In this document: in pieces, positions 1 to 8,891 of the stretch
Layout of the letters: each line of letters opens with the position of its first letter
Numbering within the stretch: the first letter of the stretch is position 1
DNA from: an uncultured Caulobacter sp.
Lineage (GTDB): Bacteria; Pseudomonadota; Alphaproteobacteria; Caulobacterales; Caulobacteraceae
Reading direction: 5' to 3'
DNA length: 41,857 nt
NCBI GenBank assembly: GCA_936942565.1
Contig: CAKZJK010000028.1
Span: forward strand, 1-41,857
Program-made: the position numbers and the translations under genes
The notes under the pieces: generated by a model
What the model was told of the DNA's origin: nothing
The model's input: only the letters and a program-made list of their open reading frames with translations
The model's database searches: none

Positions 1-152
1 AGTCGCTGTCGCGGGTGTCGATGCTCGGCACCGACCTCAAGCTCGACAGCGGCATCGGCGTCTGCGGCAAGTCCGGACAGGGCGTGCCCGTCGGCGTCGG
101 CCAGCCGTCGCTGAAGATCACCGGGCTGACCGTGGGTGGGACGGCGGTCTAG
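1..152 (+). CDS. tldD: Metalloprotease TldD, C-terminal fragment (truncated by window start)
   Basis: Frame 3 reads [49 protein letters not shown], the characteristic TldD C-terminus ([13 protein letters not shown]). TAG at 150-152. Confidence 0.92.
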   Translation, partial: SLSRVSMLGTDLKLDSGIGVCGKSGQGVPVGVGQPSLKITGLTVGGTAV

Positions 153-646
153 AGCCGCCGCTCGAGATAGGTGACGGTCTTCTCGCCACCATGAATCTGG
201 GCCGTTCCCACCGGAACAAAGCCCAGCGCCGCGTGGAAGGCGTCCGAGGCCGGGTTGGGCGGGTCTGAATTGACCTCGCAGACGATGCGCGCGTGGCCGG
301 CGGCCCGCGCGGCCGCGAACAGATCGTCATATAGCCGCCGCGCCAAGCCTCGTCCGCGCGCGGCGTCGGCGACCACCACCCGGTCGACATAGACGAACCG
401 GTCGAAGCGCGCTCGGAACCACAGGAAGTTGACGCTGTCGTAATCGGCGTCCTGGTCGAAGGCCAGCAGCAGGGCGTCGGCGACGCCCACGCGCCGCGCG
501 ACGAACGCCTCGCCGACCAGCTTGGCCAGGCGCCCCGGCTCCAGCCATGACAGCTCCAGGGCATGATCGTTGTTGAGAGCCAGCAACGCTTCGCCGGCCG
601 GTCCCGCCAAGCCCTCGACGGTCAGCGCCGTCGACATATCGTCCAT
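149..646 (-). CDS. GNAT family acetyltransferase
   Basis: C-terminal part of ORF 149..2047: YVDRVVV...[10 protein letters not shown] (acetyl-CoA motif A) and [25 protein letters not shown] precedes the ATG at 646; nearby alternative starts are 637, 652 and 661. Confidence 0.85.
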   Translation of the reverse strand: MDDMSTALTVEGLAGPAGEALLALNNDHALELSWLEPGRLAKLVGEAFVARRVGVADALLLAFDQDADYDSVNFLWFRARFDRFVYVDRVVVADAARGRGLARRLYDDLFAAARAAGHARIVCEVNSDPPNPASDAFHAALGFVPVGTAQIHGGEKTVTYLERRL

Positions 647-881
647 GACCATCTCCGCCATTTCCTGTCGAAGGTTTAATCCAGCTTTCGGGCTTGTAAC
701 TTCCCCCGCGCGGCGCGCGGCGGCACGCTGATCCAGGGTCGGACGCCCGTCGCGAGCGTCGCCCTCCGAACCTCTGAAATCGCGCGACGGAGACGTCGCG
801 CCAAGGGCTTCGGGTAGGAGCGGAGAGCCATCGCCGGGCCGTTCCCACCTGGAGTAGGGACGTGGCCCCTCCACGTCTCGA

Positions 882-913
882 GAAGGGCCCCGGAATCGTC
901 GCCGGGGCCCTTC
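882..913 (-). terminator. GC-rich hairpin, probable terminator of the peptide transporter
   Basis: GAAGGGCCCCGG-N8-CCGGGGCCCTTC perfect 12-bp inverted repeat 20 nt past the stop codon; the U-tail is weak. Confidence 0.55.
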
Positions 914-933
914 GTTCGTTCGGGGTGGGCGTG

Positions 934-2802
934 TCAGGCCGTGACGTCGTCGGCGCCGTGCGACCATTTCCTCAGGATCGGCGACAAGGCCAGGAACAGC
1001 ACGCCGATGCCGATGGCGACGAGGCCGATGACCTTGAAGACCATCAGCGACTGCGCCAGGGCCGCGCCGGGATCCAGCACCTGACCGCCGATGGTCTCGG
1101 TCGAGGCGATGCCGGCGACCCAGCCGCCGAACAGGTTGGCCATGGCCAGCGCCATGTACCAGACCGACATCACGAACGAGACGACGTGAGCTGGCGACAG
1201 CTTGGTCATCTGCGACAGACCGACCGGCGACATGCACATCTCGCCAGTCGTGTGCAGCATGTACATCAGCACCAGGAAGATCAGCGGCATCTTGAAGGCG
1301 CCGTCGGCGAACTGGGCGCCGAGCAGCAGGATCAGGAAACCGGCCCCGACCTGGATCAGCGACAGGCCGAACTTGACCATGGGCCCGGGATTGATCTTGC
1401 GCGCGGTCAGGACCGTCCAGAGCGCCGCGAAGATCGGCGCGAAGATCAGGATCCACCCGGCGTTGATCGCCTGGGTCTGGGCGGCGTTGAAGCCGGTGTT
1501 GATCCACAGCCTGCCCGCGGCCGAGATTCCCGCCGCCGCCAGCTGCTCGGGCGAACCTAGCACCACCGCCCCGCCGAACCATTCGACGGGCTTGGCGAGA
1601 AGCTTGAGATCGACATTGGTCGCCGCGAACAGGTTCAGGGACGAGCCGGCCTGTTCGAACAGGGTCCAGAACACCACCGCGCCCAGCACCAGCACCGTCG
1701 CCAGCAGCAGGCGCTCGCGCTCGACCTTCTCGCACTTGGCGAAGGCCAGCCACAGGATATAGCCCAGCGAGCCGAACATGCCGGCGATCAGGGCCACGCT
1801 GACGACCGGCGTGTGCTGCACCAGGAAGAACACCGCGACCACCGCAAGGAGCGAGATGCCGTAGATCACGGTCTCGCGGGTGATCGGGCCGGCGACCTTC
1901 TCCTTCAGCTTCTCCGGCTCGGGCGGCTCGCCCTTGCCTAGCAGCCAGGGCTTGCCCAGCACGAAGATCACGTAGCCAACGAGCATCCCCAGGCCCGCCG
2001 CGCCAAAGCCGGCCCACCAGCCGACATTGACGCCCAGAACGCCACACAGGATCGCGGCCCAGAATGAGCCCAGGTTGATGCCGTAGTAGTAGAGGGTGAA
2101 GCCAGGATCGCGGCGCGGATCACCTTGCGGGTAGAGCTGGCCGACCAGCGAGGCGGCATTGGCCTTCATGAAGCCGACGCCCACGATGATCAGCGCCAGG
2201 GCCAGCCAGAAGATGTTCAGATACAGCGGATCACGACCCGCGACGTCCAGCTTGTATTGTCCCTTGGCGAGCACGGCCGGGATGGGCGCGTCGGTGGGCA
2301 GACCCTTGACCGCGAAGTCGCCGGTCTCGGTGGCGGTGACGTCGTACGGCTTGCCGGCCACGACCATCTTGGCGACGCGCTGGTCGCCCCGGCCCTCGGC
2401 CTGGAATTCGTAGACCTGGCCGCCATAGGTCAGGGTCTGGACCGCCGGCTTGCCCTCGACCGCCATGGCCAGGTGCCCAGCGACCAGCAGCAGGGCGCCG
2501 AACGCCACCGCCTTGCGGGTGCCGAGATACCGGTCGGCCAGGAAGCCGCCCAGCAGCGGCACGATGTAGACCAGCGAGGTGTACGAGCCGTAGTGGCCGC
2601 TGGCGACCTTGGAATCGAACAGGAAATGCTGGGTGAGATAGAAGATCAGCAGGCCGCGCATGCCGTAGTAGGAGAAGCGCTCCCACATCTCGGCCAGGAA
2701 GCAGATGATCAGGCCGCGCGGATGGCCCTTGAGCAGCTGGATGAGGACGGGAACCCCGGTCACGAGCGTGATCAGGACGCCCGCGGCGATAACAATGTTC
2801 AT
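934..2802 (-). CDS. POT/PTR family proton-dependent di-/tripeptide MFS transporter
   Basis: HPRGL...EMWERFSYYGM signature, GGFLADRYLG, FTLYYYGINLGS and many TM segments. Confidence 0.93.
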   Translation of the reverse strand: MNIVIAAGVLITLVTGVPVLIQLLKGHPRGLIICFLAEMWERFSYYGMRGLLIFYLTQHFLFDSKVASGHYGSYTSLVYIVPLLGGFLADRYLGTRKAVAFGALLLVAGHLAMAVEGKPAVQTLTYGGQVYEFQAEGRGDQRVAKMVVAGKPYDVTATETGDFAVKGLPTDAPIPAVLAKGQYKLDVAGRDPLYLNIFWLALALIIVGVGFMKANAASLVGQLYPQGDPRRDPGFTLYYYGINLGSFWAAILCGVLGVNVGWWAGFGAAGLGMLVGYVIFVLGKPWLLGKGEPPEPEKLKEKVAGPITRETVIYGISLLAVVAVFFLVQHTPVVSVALIAGMFGSLGYILWLAFAKCEKVERERLLLATVLVLGAVVFWTLFEQAGSSLNLFAATNVDLKLLAKPVEWFGGAVVLGSPEQLAAAGISAAGRLWINTGFNAAQTQAINAGWILIFAPIFAALWTVLTARKINPGPMVKFGLSLIQVGAGFLILLLGAQFADGAFKMPLIFLVLMYMLHTTGEMCMSPVGLSQMTKLSPAHVVSFVMSVWYMALAMANLFGGWVAGIASTETIGGQVLDPGAALAQSLMVFKVIGLVAIGIGVLFLALSPILRKWSHGADDVTA

Positions 2803-3031
2803 ACCCAAGCCTTACCCAAGCTTCCAAGTCACGTGACGAGCCGCGCGGACCGTCCCGGCGCGCCTCGGCGCGGCAGGTCAAATCGCCCTCGCCGACCCCG
2901 ATTGGCCGGGAGAAGATCACGCGGCCGGACGTTTCACAAGCAACGGCATTGCCGTCAACGCCGTCGCGCGGAGCCTAGCCGCGCCGCCGCGCGTTTGATC
3001 CCATGACCTTTCTCGTTTCGTGGAGCCGAAG

Positions 3032-3559
3032 ATGAAGATCCCCGACGAAAACCATCCGATCACCATCGACCGCGCGCCGGGAACCGTGCGCGTGATCTTC
3101 GAGGGCCACGGCATCGCCGACAGCCACGACGTGATCGTTCTTCGCGAGGCCAACTATCCGCCGGTCTATTACTTCTCGCGGGACGACGTCGAGATGGCGT
3201 TCCTGCGGCGCACCGAGAAGGTGACGCACTGTCCCTATAAGGGCGACGCTTCGTATTTCACGATCTACCGCGACGGCCAGATCATCGAGAACGCCGTCTG
3301 GTCCTACGAGGAGCCATACGCCGCGGTCAGCGCCATCGCCGGACGGGTAGCCTTCTATCCTGAGCATGTCGAATTCCAGCGCGACGGCCATTCGCCGGTC
3401 GAGACGGAAACGATGGATGTCGACGCGGTGGTGCGCCACACCGACAGCGGTTCAGGCGCGAGCCAGGCCGAGCGCTGGCCGTCCAATGTCGACATGCCCG
3501 ACCCCGACAAGGTCGAGCGCGATCTGGACCCGCCTTACAAGGGCGCGGGCGCCATTTAG
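3032..3559 (+). CDS. DUF427 domain protein
   Basis: LREANYPPVYYF...THCPYKGDASYF...NAVWSY motifs; GGAG at 3022-3025. Confidence 0.85.
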   Translation: MKIPDENHPITIDRAPGTVRVIFEGHGIADSHDVIVLREANYPPVYYFSRDDVEMAFLRRTEKVTHCPYKGDASYFTIYRDGQIIENAVWSYEEPYAAVSAIAGRVAFYPEHVEFQRDGHSPVETETMDVDAVVRHTDSGSGASQAERWPSNVDMPDPDKVERDLDPPYKGAGAI

Positions 3560-3596
3560 TCGCACCCGCTCGCCATTTGGTCGCATCCCATCGGAC

Positions 3597-3611
3597 TTAA
3601 GCCCGCGTTAA
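3597..3611. promoter_or_regulatory. CtrA-binding site (TTAA-N7-TTAA)
   Basis: TTAA gcccgcg TTAA is an exact match to the Caulobacter CtrA consensus in an intergenic region, 56 nt upstream of a small ORF. Confidence 0.75.
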
Positions 3612-3667
3612 GAGCTGCTGGCGCGACCCTACGGTCGAGCTCCCGGCAGAGGGGCGCGGAGGAAACC

Positions 3668-3811
3668 ATGGCCACGATCTCGTACAACCGGACGGCCGTC
3701 GTTCACGCAACGACCGAGCGCCCTCGCCTCGCCTGGGGCCGATTGGCGGCGCTCGCCTTCGCGGCGGGCTCTTGGGCAGCCATCATCGCCAGCGCGCGGG
3801 TGATATTCTAG
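3668..3811 (+). CDS. 47-aa small membrane protein (not in ORF track)
   Basis: MATISYNRTAVVHATTERPRLAWGRLAALAFAAGSWAAIIASARVIF*; strong SD GGAGGA-aacc-ATG; C-terminal hydrophobic helix; fills the gap between the DUF427 gene and gshA. Confidence 0.7.
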   Translation: MATISYNRTAVVHATTERPRLAWGRLAALAFAAGSWAAIIASARVIF

Positions 3812-3818
3812 CCGCCGC

Positions 3819-5180
3819 CTAGTAGGCGCAATCGGTGAACACCCGACCGATGTCACCCTTCCAGTCGCCATTGTAGAGCGCCAGCAGGCGCTCGGCCGGC
3901 GTGATTCCGCTATCGGCGATTTCTTCCAACTCGCCCATGTAGATGGTCTCGTCCAGGAAGCCGCCGTTCAGCTGGGCGCGGTTCTTCAGGCCCGACTTGG
4001 CGATGGCGACGAAGTCCTTGGCCACGTCCTGGACCGCGCGGCCCGCGACCTTGGCCTTCAGGCCCAGCTTCGGCACGTCTCGGCGCAGGCCCTCGCGGTC
4101 CTCGATCGACCAGGCCTTGCAAAGGTCCCACGCCGCCGCCAGGGCCGCGTCGTCGTAGAAGACGCCGGTCCACAGCGCCGGCAGGGCGCAGAGGCGGCTC
4201 CAAGGCCCGGCGTCGGCGCCGCGCATCTCCAGGTAGGTCTTAAGGCGCACCTCGGGGAAGGCCGTGGTCGTGTGGTCGGCCCAGTCCTTCATCGTGGCGA
4301 TCTCGCCCGGCAGCTCGGGCAGCTTGCCCTCGATGAAGTCGCGGAAGCTACGGCCGGCGACGTCGATGTACTTGTCGCCGCGCTTGACGAAATACATTGG
4401 CACGTCGAGCGCGTAGCGGGCGTAGCGCTCGAAATCGAAACCGTCCTCGAACACGAAGTCCAGCAGGCCCGTGCGGTTCGGATCGGTGTCGGTCCAGACG
4501 TTGGCGCGGGCCGACAGGAAGCCGTTCGGCTTGCCTTCGGTAAACGGAGAATTGGCGAACAGGGCCGTGGCGATCGGCTGCAGCGCCAGGCTCATGCGGA
4601 ACTTGGCGACCATGTCGGCTTCGCTGGAGAAGTCGAGATTGGCCTGCACCGTGCAGGTGCGCAGCATCATGTCGAGGCCGAGCCCGCCGACCTTGGGCAT
4701 GTACTCGCGCATGATGACGTACCGGCCCTTGGGCATGACCGGCACCTCTTCCCGCTTCCAAAGCGGCGAGAAGCCCAGGCCCACGAAGCCCAGGCCCAGC
4801 TCGTCGGCGACCGTCTTGACCTCGTCCAGGTGCTTGCCGGTCTCGTCGCAGATGTCGTGCATGGTCGCCAGCGGCGCGCCCGACAGCTCGAACTGGCCGC
4901 CCGGCTCCAGGCTGACATTGGCGCCGTTGCGCTCCAGCCCGATGATCGTCGGGCCTTCCATCACCGGGGTCCAGCCGAAGCGTTGGAGACCCGTCAGCAG
5001 GGCGTGCACGCCCTTGTCGCCCTCGTAGGGCACCGGCGCGTTAGAGCCCAGGTAGAAGCCGAACTTCTCGTGCTCGGCACCCACGCGGAAGGCCTCCTTG
5101 GGCTTGCAGCCCCGGGCGAAATATTCGGTCAGCTCGGAGAGCGTCAGCGGACGCTCCTGGACGCTAGCGGTGTCGGCCAT
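3819..5180 (-). CDS. gshA: Glutamate--cysteine ligase (alphaproteobacterial/plant type)
   Basis: VGAEHEKF, SLEPGGQFELSG, VMPKGRY, CTVQANLD and FPEVRLKTYLEMRGAD motifs. Confidence 0.95.
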   Translation of the reverse strand: MADTASVQERPLTLSELTEYFARGCKPKEAFRVGAEHEKFGFYLGSNAPVPYEGDKGVHALLTGLQRFGWTPVMEGPTIIGLERNGANVSLEPGGQFELSGAPLATMHDICDETGKHLDEVKTVADELGLGFVGLGFSPLWKREEVPVMPKGRYVIMREYMPKVGGLGLDMMLRTCTVQANLDFSSEADMVAKFRMSLALQPIATALFANSPFTEGKPNGFLSARANVWTDTDPNRTGLLDFVFEDGFDFERYARYALDVPMYFVKRGDKYIDVAGRSFRDFIEGKLPELPGEIATMKDWADHTTTAFPEVRLKTYLEMRGADAGPWSRLCALPALWTGVFYDDAALAAAWDLCKAWSIEDREGLRRDVPKLGLKAKVAGRAVQDVAKDFVAIAKSGLKNRAQLNGGFLDETIYMGELEEIADSGITPAERLLALYNGDWKGDIGRVFTDCAY

Positions 5181-5318
5181 GCAAGCCGTCCCTCCCCAGG
5201 GGTTGCGATGCCGCGGGTGGAGAGGGCCCATTCTCTCCGCCGACGGCGATACTACTCGGTCACGCCCAGTTGGGCGTTTTCTTTGCGAACCTCAAGGGGC
5301 AGCCTTGAGCATAATTGT

Positions 5319-6035
5319 CTAGCGCCAGTCCCCCGCCGCCGCCTGCCACAGCGTCATGGCCGAGATCGCGGCCGTGTCGGCGCGCAAGATGCGAGGCCCC
5401 AGCGACACCGGCGTGACGAAGGAAAGTCCCCGCAGCCGCTCGCGTTCCTCGGGCGCGAAGCCGCCTTCCGGCCCGATCAGGATGGCGGCGGGCGCGCCCG
5501 TCCCCGCCAGCGCCTCGATCGCCGGCTTAGCGTCGCCGCCCTCGTCGCAGAAGACCAGGCGTCGCGCGGGGTCCCAGCCGTCCAGGATCTTGTCCAGCTT
5601 CTCCGGATCGACGATCTCGGGCACGTCGAGACGCCCGGTCTGCTCGGCCGCTTCCATGGCGATGGCGTCCAGCCGACCCAGCTTGACGAAGTCGACATTG
5701 GTGCGGCGCGTGATCGTCAGGCGAACGCGGCGCGCCCCCAGTTCGGCGGCCTTCTCGACGATGGTCTCGACCCGGCCGCGCTTGACCATCGCGACGATCA
5801 GATCGAGGTCGGGGCCGATCTCCATCGGCCGGGTCTGGGCGTCGGCCTTCAGCAGGCAGCCGCGCTTGGTCGCCTCGACGATGCTGGCGCGCCACTCGCC
5901 GTCGCGGCCGTTGAACAGCAGCACCTCGTCGCCGACCGACAGGCGCATCACCGAGGTCAGGTAGCGGGACTGGTCGACGGTGGGGACGACGCCGGCCCGG
6001 GCCGACAGGTCGTTGGGAACGAAAAGACGGATCAT
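5319..6035 (-). CDS. rsmE: 16S rRNA m3U1498 methyltransferase
   Basis: IVEKAAELG, EAAEQ, IGPEGGF and LGPRILRADTA SPOUT motifs. Confidence 0.95.
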   Translation of the reverse strand: MIRLFVPNDLSARAGVVPTVDQSRYLTSVMRLSVGDEVLLFNGRDGEWRASIVEATKRGCLLKADAQTRPMEIGPDLDLIVAMVKRGRVETIVEKAAELGARRVRLTITRRTNVDFVKLGRLDAIAMEAAEQTGRLDVPEIVDPEKLDKILDGWDPARRLVFCDEGGDAKPAIEALAGTGAPAAILIGPEGGFAPEERERLRGLSFVTPVSLGPRILRADTAAISAMTLWQAAAGDWR

Positions 6036-6081
6036 GGCGTCCTTCTAGCGCAACCACGCCGCGCGGGGGTAGGGTCACGAC

Positions 6082-6843
6082 ATGAGCAAGTCCGACGACT
6101 ACGACAACGAGCTCGTCCAGCTGCAGCTGGCCCTGATCGCCATGCAGAAGAAGGCCATCAAGGACGGCTGGAAGATCCTGGCCGTCTTCGAGGGCCGCGA
6201 CGCCGCCGGCAAGGACGGCACGATCGCTCGCATCGTCCAGCACCTTTCCAAGCGCGCCACCAGCGTGGTGGCCCTGCCCAAACCCAACGAGCGCGAACGC
6301 AGCGAGTGGTACTTCCAGCGCTATGTCGAATATCTGCCGGCCTGCGGCGAGGCGGTGCTGTTCAACCGCTCCTGGTACAACCGGGCGGGCGTCGAGCGGG
6401 TCATGGATTTCTCCACGCCCCAGCAGCAGGAACAGTTCCTGCGCGACGTGCCCGCCTTCGAGCGGATGCTGGTCGAGAACGACACGCGCTATGTGAAGTT
6501 CTGGCTCGATATCAGCCGCGAGGAGCAGGTCCAGCGCCTGAAGGCCCGCCGCGAGGATCCGCTGAAGGCCTTCAAGACCAGCGACCTAGACAAGGTCGCC
6601 GAGGAGAAGTGGGACGACTACACCAAGGCCCGCGACGAGATGCTGATGCGCACCCACAGCGACATCGCGCCGTGGATCTGCGTCCGCGCCGACCACAAGA
6701 AGGCCGCGCGGCTCAACGTCATTCGCTGGCTGCTGCACGCCGCCGGCGACAAGAAGATCGCCAAGGGCGTGGCGCGCCCCGATCCCGAGGTGATCTTCTC
6801 GTTCGAGCCCAGCGCGCTCGAGGATGGGCGGCTGGCGCGCTAG
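6082..6843 (+). CDS. ppk2: Polyphosphate kinase 2
   Basis: FEGRDAAGKDG Walker A, WYFQRY, FNRSWYNRAGVERVM and KFWLDIS motifs. Confidence 0.93.
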   Translation: MSKSDDYDNELVQLQLALIAMQKKAIKDGWKILAVFEGRDAAGKDGTIARIVQHLSKRATSVVALPKPNERERSEWYFQRYVEYLPACGEAVLFNRSWYNRAGVERVMDFSTPQQQEQFLRDVPAFERMLVENDTRYVKFWLDISREEQVQRLKARREDPLKAFKTSDLDKVAEEKWDDYTKARDEMLMRTHSDIAPWICVRADHKKAARLNVIRWLLHAAGDKKIAKGVARPDPEVIFSFEPSALEDGRLAR

Positions 6844-7220
6844 CGCGTCTTCCGCGTCTTTCGCTCGGCCGCGATCGCGGCGTTCTGGGCGATGCGATGG
6901 CGGACGATGTCGGCGATCAGATCCGACGGGAGCGGCGCGTCGGGCTGGAAGCGGATCGTGCCCTTGGCGGTCTCGAACCCCGCCAGGCGGTCAGCGAACG
7001 CGTCGATCACCGCGCCCGGATAGAAGGCGCAATGCTTCGCCGCCGCGCCGAAGTGGACGAGATTGCCGTTCAGCTTGAAGGTGGGCAGGCCATAGCTGAT
7101 GGCCTCCGTCGCCTCGGGGGCGAGCGCGCGGATTTGGCCGCGAAGGGTCTCCAGCGCCGCCCGCTGGTCGGCGGGCAGCTTGGAGAGGTAGTCGTCGACG
7201 GACGCGGCGGGGGGCTTCAT
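6840..7220 (-). CDS. DUF1801/YdhG-like protein
   Basis: VDDYL...LETLRGQI...ISYGLPTFKLNG...F..AKGTIRF pattern. Confidence 0.8.
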   Translation of the reverse strand: MKPPAASVDDYLSKLPADQRAALETLRGQIRALAPEATEAISYGLPTFKLNGNLVHFGAAAKHCAFYPGAVIDAFADRLAGFETAKGTIRFQPDAPLPSDLIADIVRHRIAQNAAIAAERKTRKTR

Positions 7221-7285
7221 CGGTCGCTTCTCGCTGGAACGGGTCTAGGACGTTTGGCGAAGCGCCCCGCCGACATCTCGCTCGT

Positions 7286-8788
7286 CTATTTCGCCCCGTA
7301 CAGCGCCATCACGTCCTTGCGGAACGCCGCGCCGCTGTCGGGACGGCTGTAGAACATGTGACCGCCCGGATAGTTGGACAGGGTCACGCGGCCAGCGGCC
7401 GTGGCTGGCATGGCGTCGACGACTAGGCGCGAGGCGAAGAACGGGCACGACAGGTCGTTGTAGCCGTGGACGATCAGCACCTTCAGCTTCGGATCGACCG
7501 AGACCACCTTGCGCAGGTCGGTGACCGACTCGGTATCCGGCCCCCGGCCGCGATCCCACAGGCGGTTGACGGTTCCCGACAGCGCCTCGTATCGCGCATC
7601 CGGCTTCCAGCCGACGATCCGAGTGGTGAAGTCGACGATCGCGCTGGTGGTCGGGGCGATGATCGCGTCGAGGATCGGGTCGTTGACCTCCTGGGTCGGC
7701 GCGTTCGGGAAGGGATCCAGCGAGGTGACGTTGCTGTCGTAGCGGCTGCCCAGGCGCCCCTTGTCGCGGAACACCTCGCGCAGGAACGACTGCGTCTCCA
7801 GGCGTCCGCCGGCGCGGCGGACATAGTCGGGATCAAGGCCGGTCATGGCCGAGACCTTCGTGGTCAGACGCTGGAGAGCGGCCGGGTCAGAGCCCTTCAT
7901 CAGGTCGACCATGTATTCGCCGCGCGTGTAGTCCTCGACGGCCTTGATGGCCTCCGGCGTCAGCTTGCCGTCGCGCTCCAGCTTGGCCGCCGCGATCGAG
8001 GGCAGGGTCCACATGGACGGCAGGGGCGAAATCTCCTGCGAGGCGCGGCCGGCGCTGGTCAGCAGCGGCGAGACCAGCACGACGCCCTTCACCGCGACGC
8101 CCAGATCGGTCTGCAGCTCATAGGCCAGGCGCGGGCCGCGGAAGCCACCGTAGCTCTCGCCGACAAGATACTTGGGCGAGGTCAGGCGCTCGGTCTTCAC
8201 GAGGTAGTCGAAGACGATCCGCGATAGGTATTCGATGTCCTGCTTGACGCCGTAGAAGCGCTTTTTTGTCTCCTCCTCGCCCACCAGCGAGCGCGAGAAG
8301 CCCGTGCCGACCGGGTCGATGAAAACGAGGTCGGTGAAGTCCAGCCAGCTGGCCGGATTGTCCTGCAGCTTGCTGAAGTCCGACGGGCTGTCGCCCTCGG
8401 CCCCGAACTGGACGCGCTTGGGGCCCAGGGCGAAGTTCAAATAGACGCTGGCCGCGCCCGGGCCGCCGTTGAAGGCGATCGTGATCGGCCGGTTCGGGTC
8501 GCGCGGACCGTCCAGCACGTACGAGGTGTAGACCACCTCGGCGACCTTCTTGCCCTTCTCGTCGCGCACCGGCAGCGCGCCGACGGTGGCGGTGTAGGCG
8601 ATGGTCTTGCCAGCGATGACGGTGGTCTGCTTGACCGACTTGTCGGCCGGGAAGGCCGGCAGGTCCCCGGCGGACTTTTCAGCGGCGGGCTTGTCGCCGC
8701 CCTTGTCCTGGGCCCAGGCGGGGGCGGCCCCCACCAACACCAACGACGCCATAAAGGCCGCGACGCCCGCGCCGAAAACCTGTTTCAT
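7286..8788 (-). CDS. Secreted S10 family serine carboxypeptidase
   Basis: Signal peptide, FNGGPGAAS, DPVGTGFS, GESYGG nucleophile motif, DLSCPF and GGHMFY. Confidence 0.9.
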   Translation of the reverse strand: MKQVFGAGVAAFMASLVLVGAAPAWAQDKGGDKPAAEKSAGDLPAFPADKSVKQTTVIAGKTIAYTATVGALPVRDEKGKKVAEVVYTSYVLDGPRDPNRPITIAFNGGPGAASVYLNFALGPKRVQFGAEGDSPSDFSKLQDNPASWLDFTDLVFIDPVGTGFSRSLVGEEETKKRFYGVKQDIEYLSRIVFDYLVKTERLTSPKYLVGESYGGFRGPRLAYELQTDLGVAVKGVVLVSPLLTSAGRASQEISPLPSMWTLPSIAAAKLERDGKLTPEAIKAVEDYTRGEYMVDLMKGSDPAALQRLTTKVSAMTGLDPDYVRRAGGRLETQSFLREVFRDKGRLGSRYDSNVTSLDPFPNAPTQEVNDPILDAIIAPTTSAIVDFTTRIVGWKPDARYEALSGTVNRLWDRGRGPDTESVTDLRKVVSVDPKLKVLIVHGYNDLSCPFFASRLVVDAMPATAAGRVTLSNYPGGHMFYSRPDSGAAFRKDVMALYGAK

Positions 8789-8891
8789 ATTCGTCCCCTC
8801 GACCGAGGACGAAATTGCTAGGGCAACCTGCAAATCTTCACAACCGTTCCAAAGCGTGCTCGCTTGCGGAAAAATCAGGGAGACGCCGAGG

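Noticed and set aside
765-835. Glycine riboswitch-like words (CTCTGAAA, GGAGAG)
   Set aside because: The motif order is incomplete, and there is no downstream plus-strand gene.
647-2047. N-terminal 466 aa of ORF 149..2047 as a GNAT fusion
   Set aside because: It overlaps the POT transporter out of frame, crosses a terminator, and is R/G/A-rich junk; only 149-646 is credible.
4272-7352. 1026-aa plus-strand ORF
   Set aside because: Shadow ORF overlapping gshA, rsmE, ppk2 and DUF1801 in other frames or strands; no motifs; an expected artefact of high GC.
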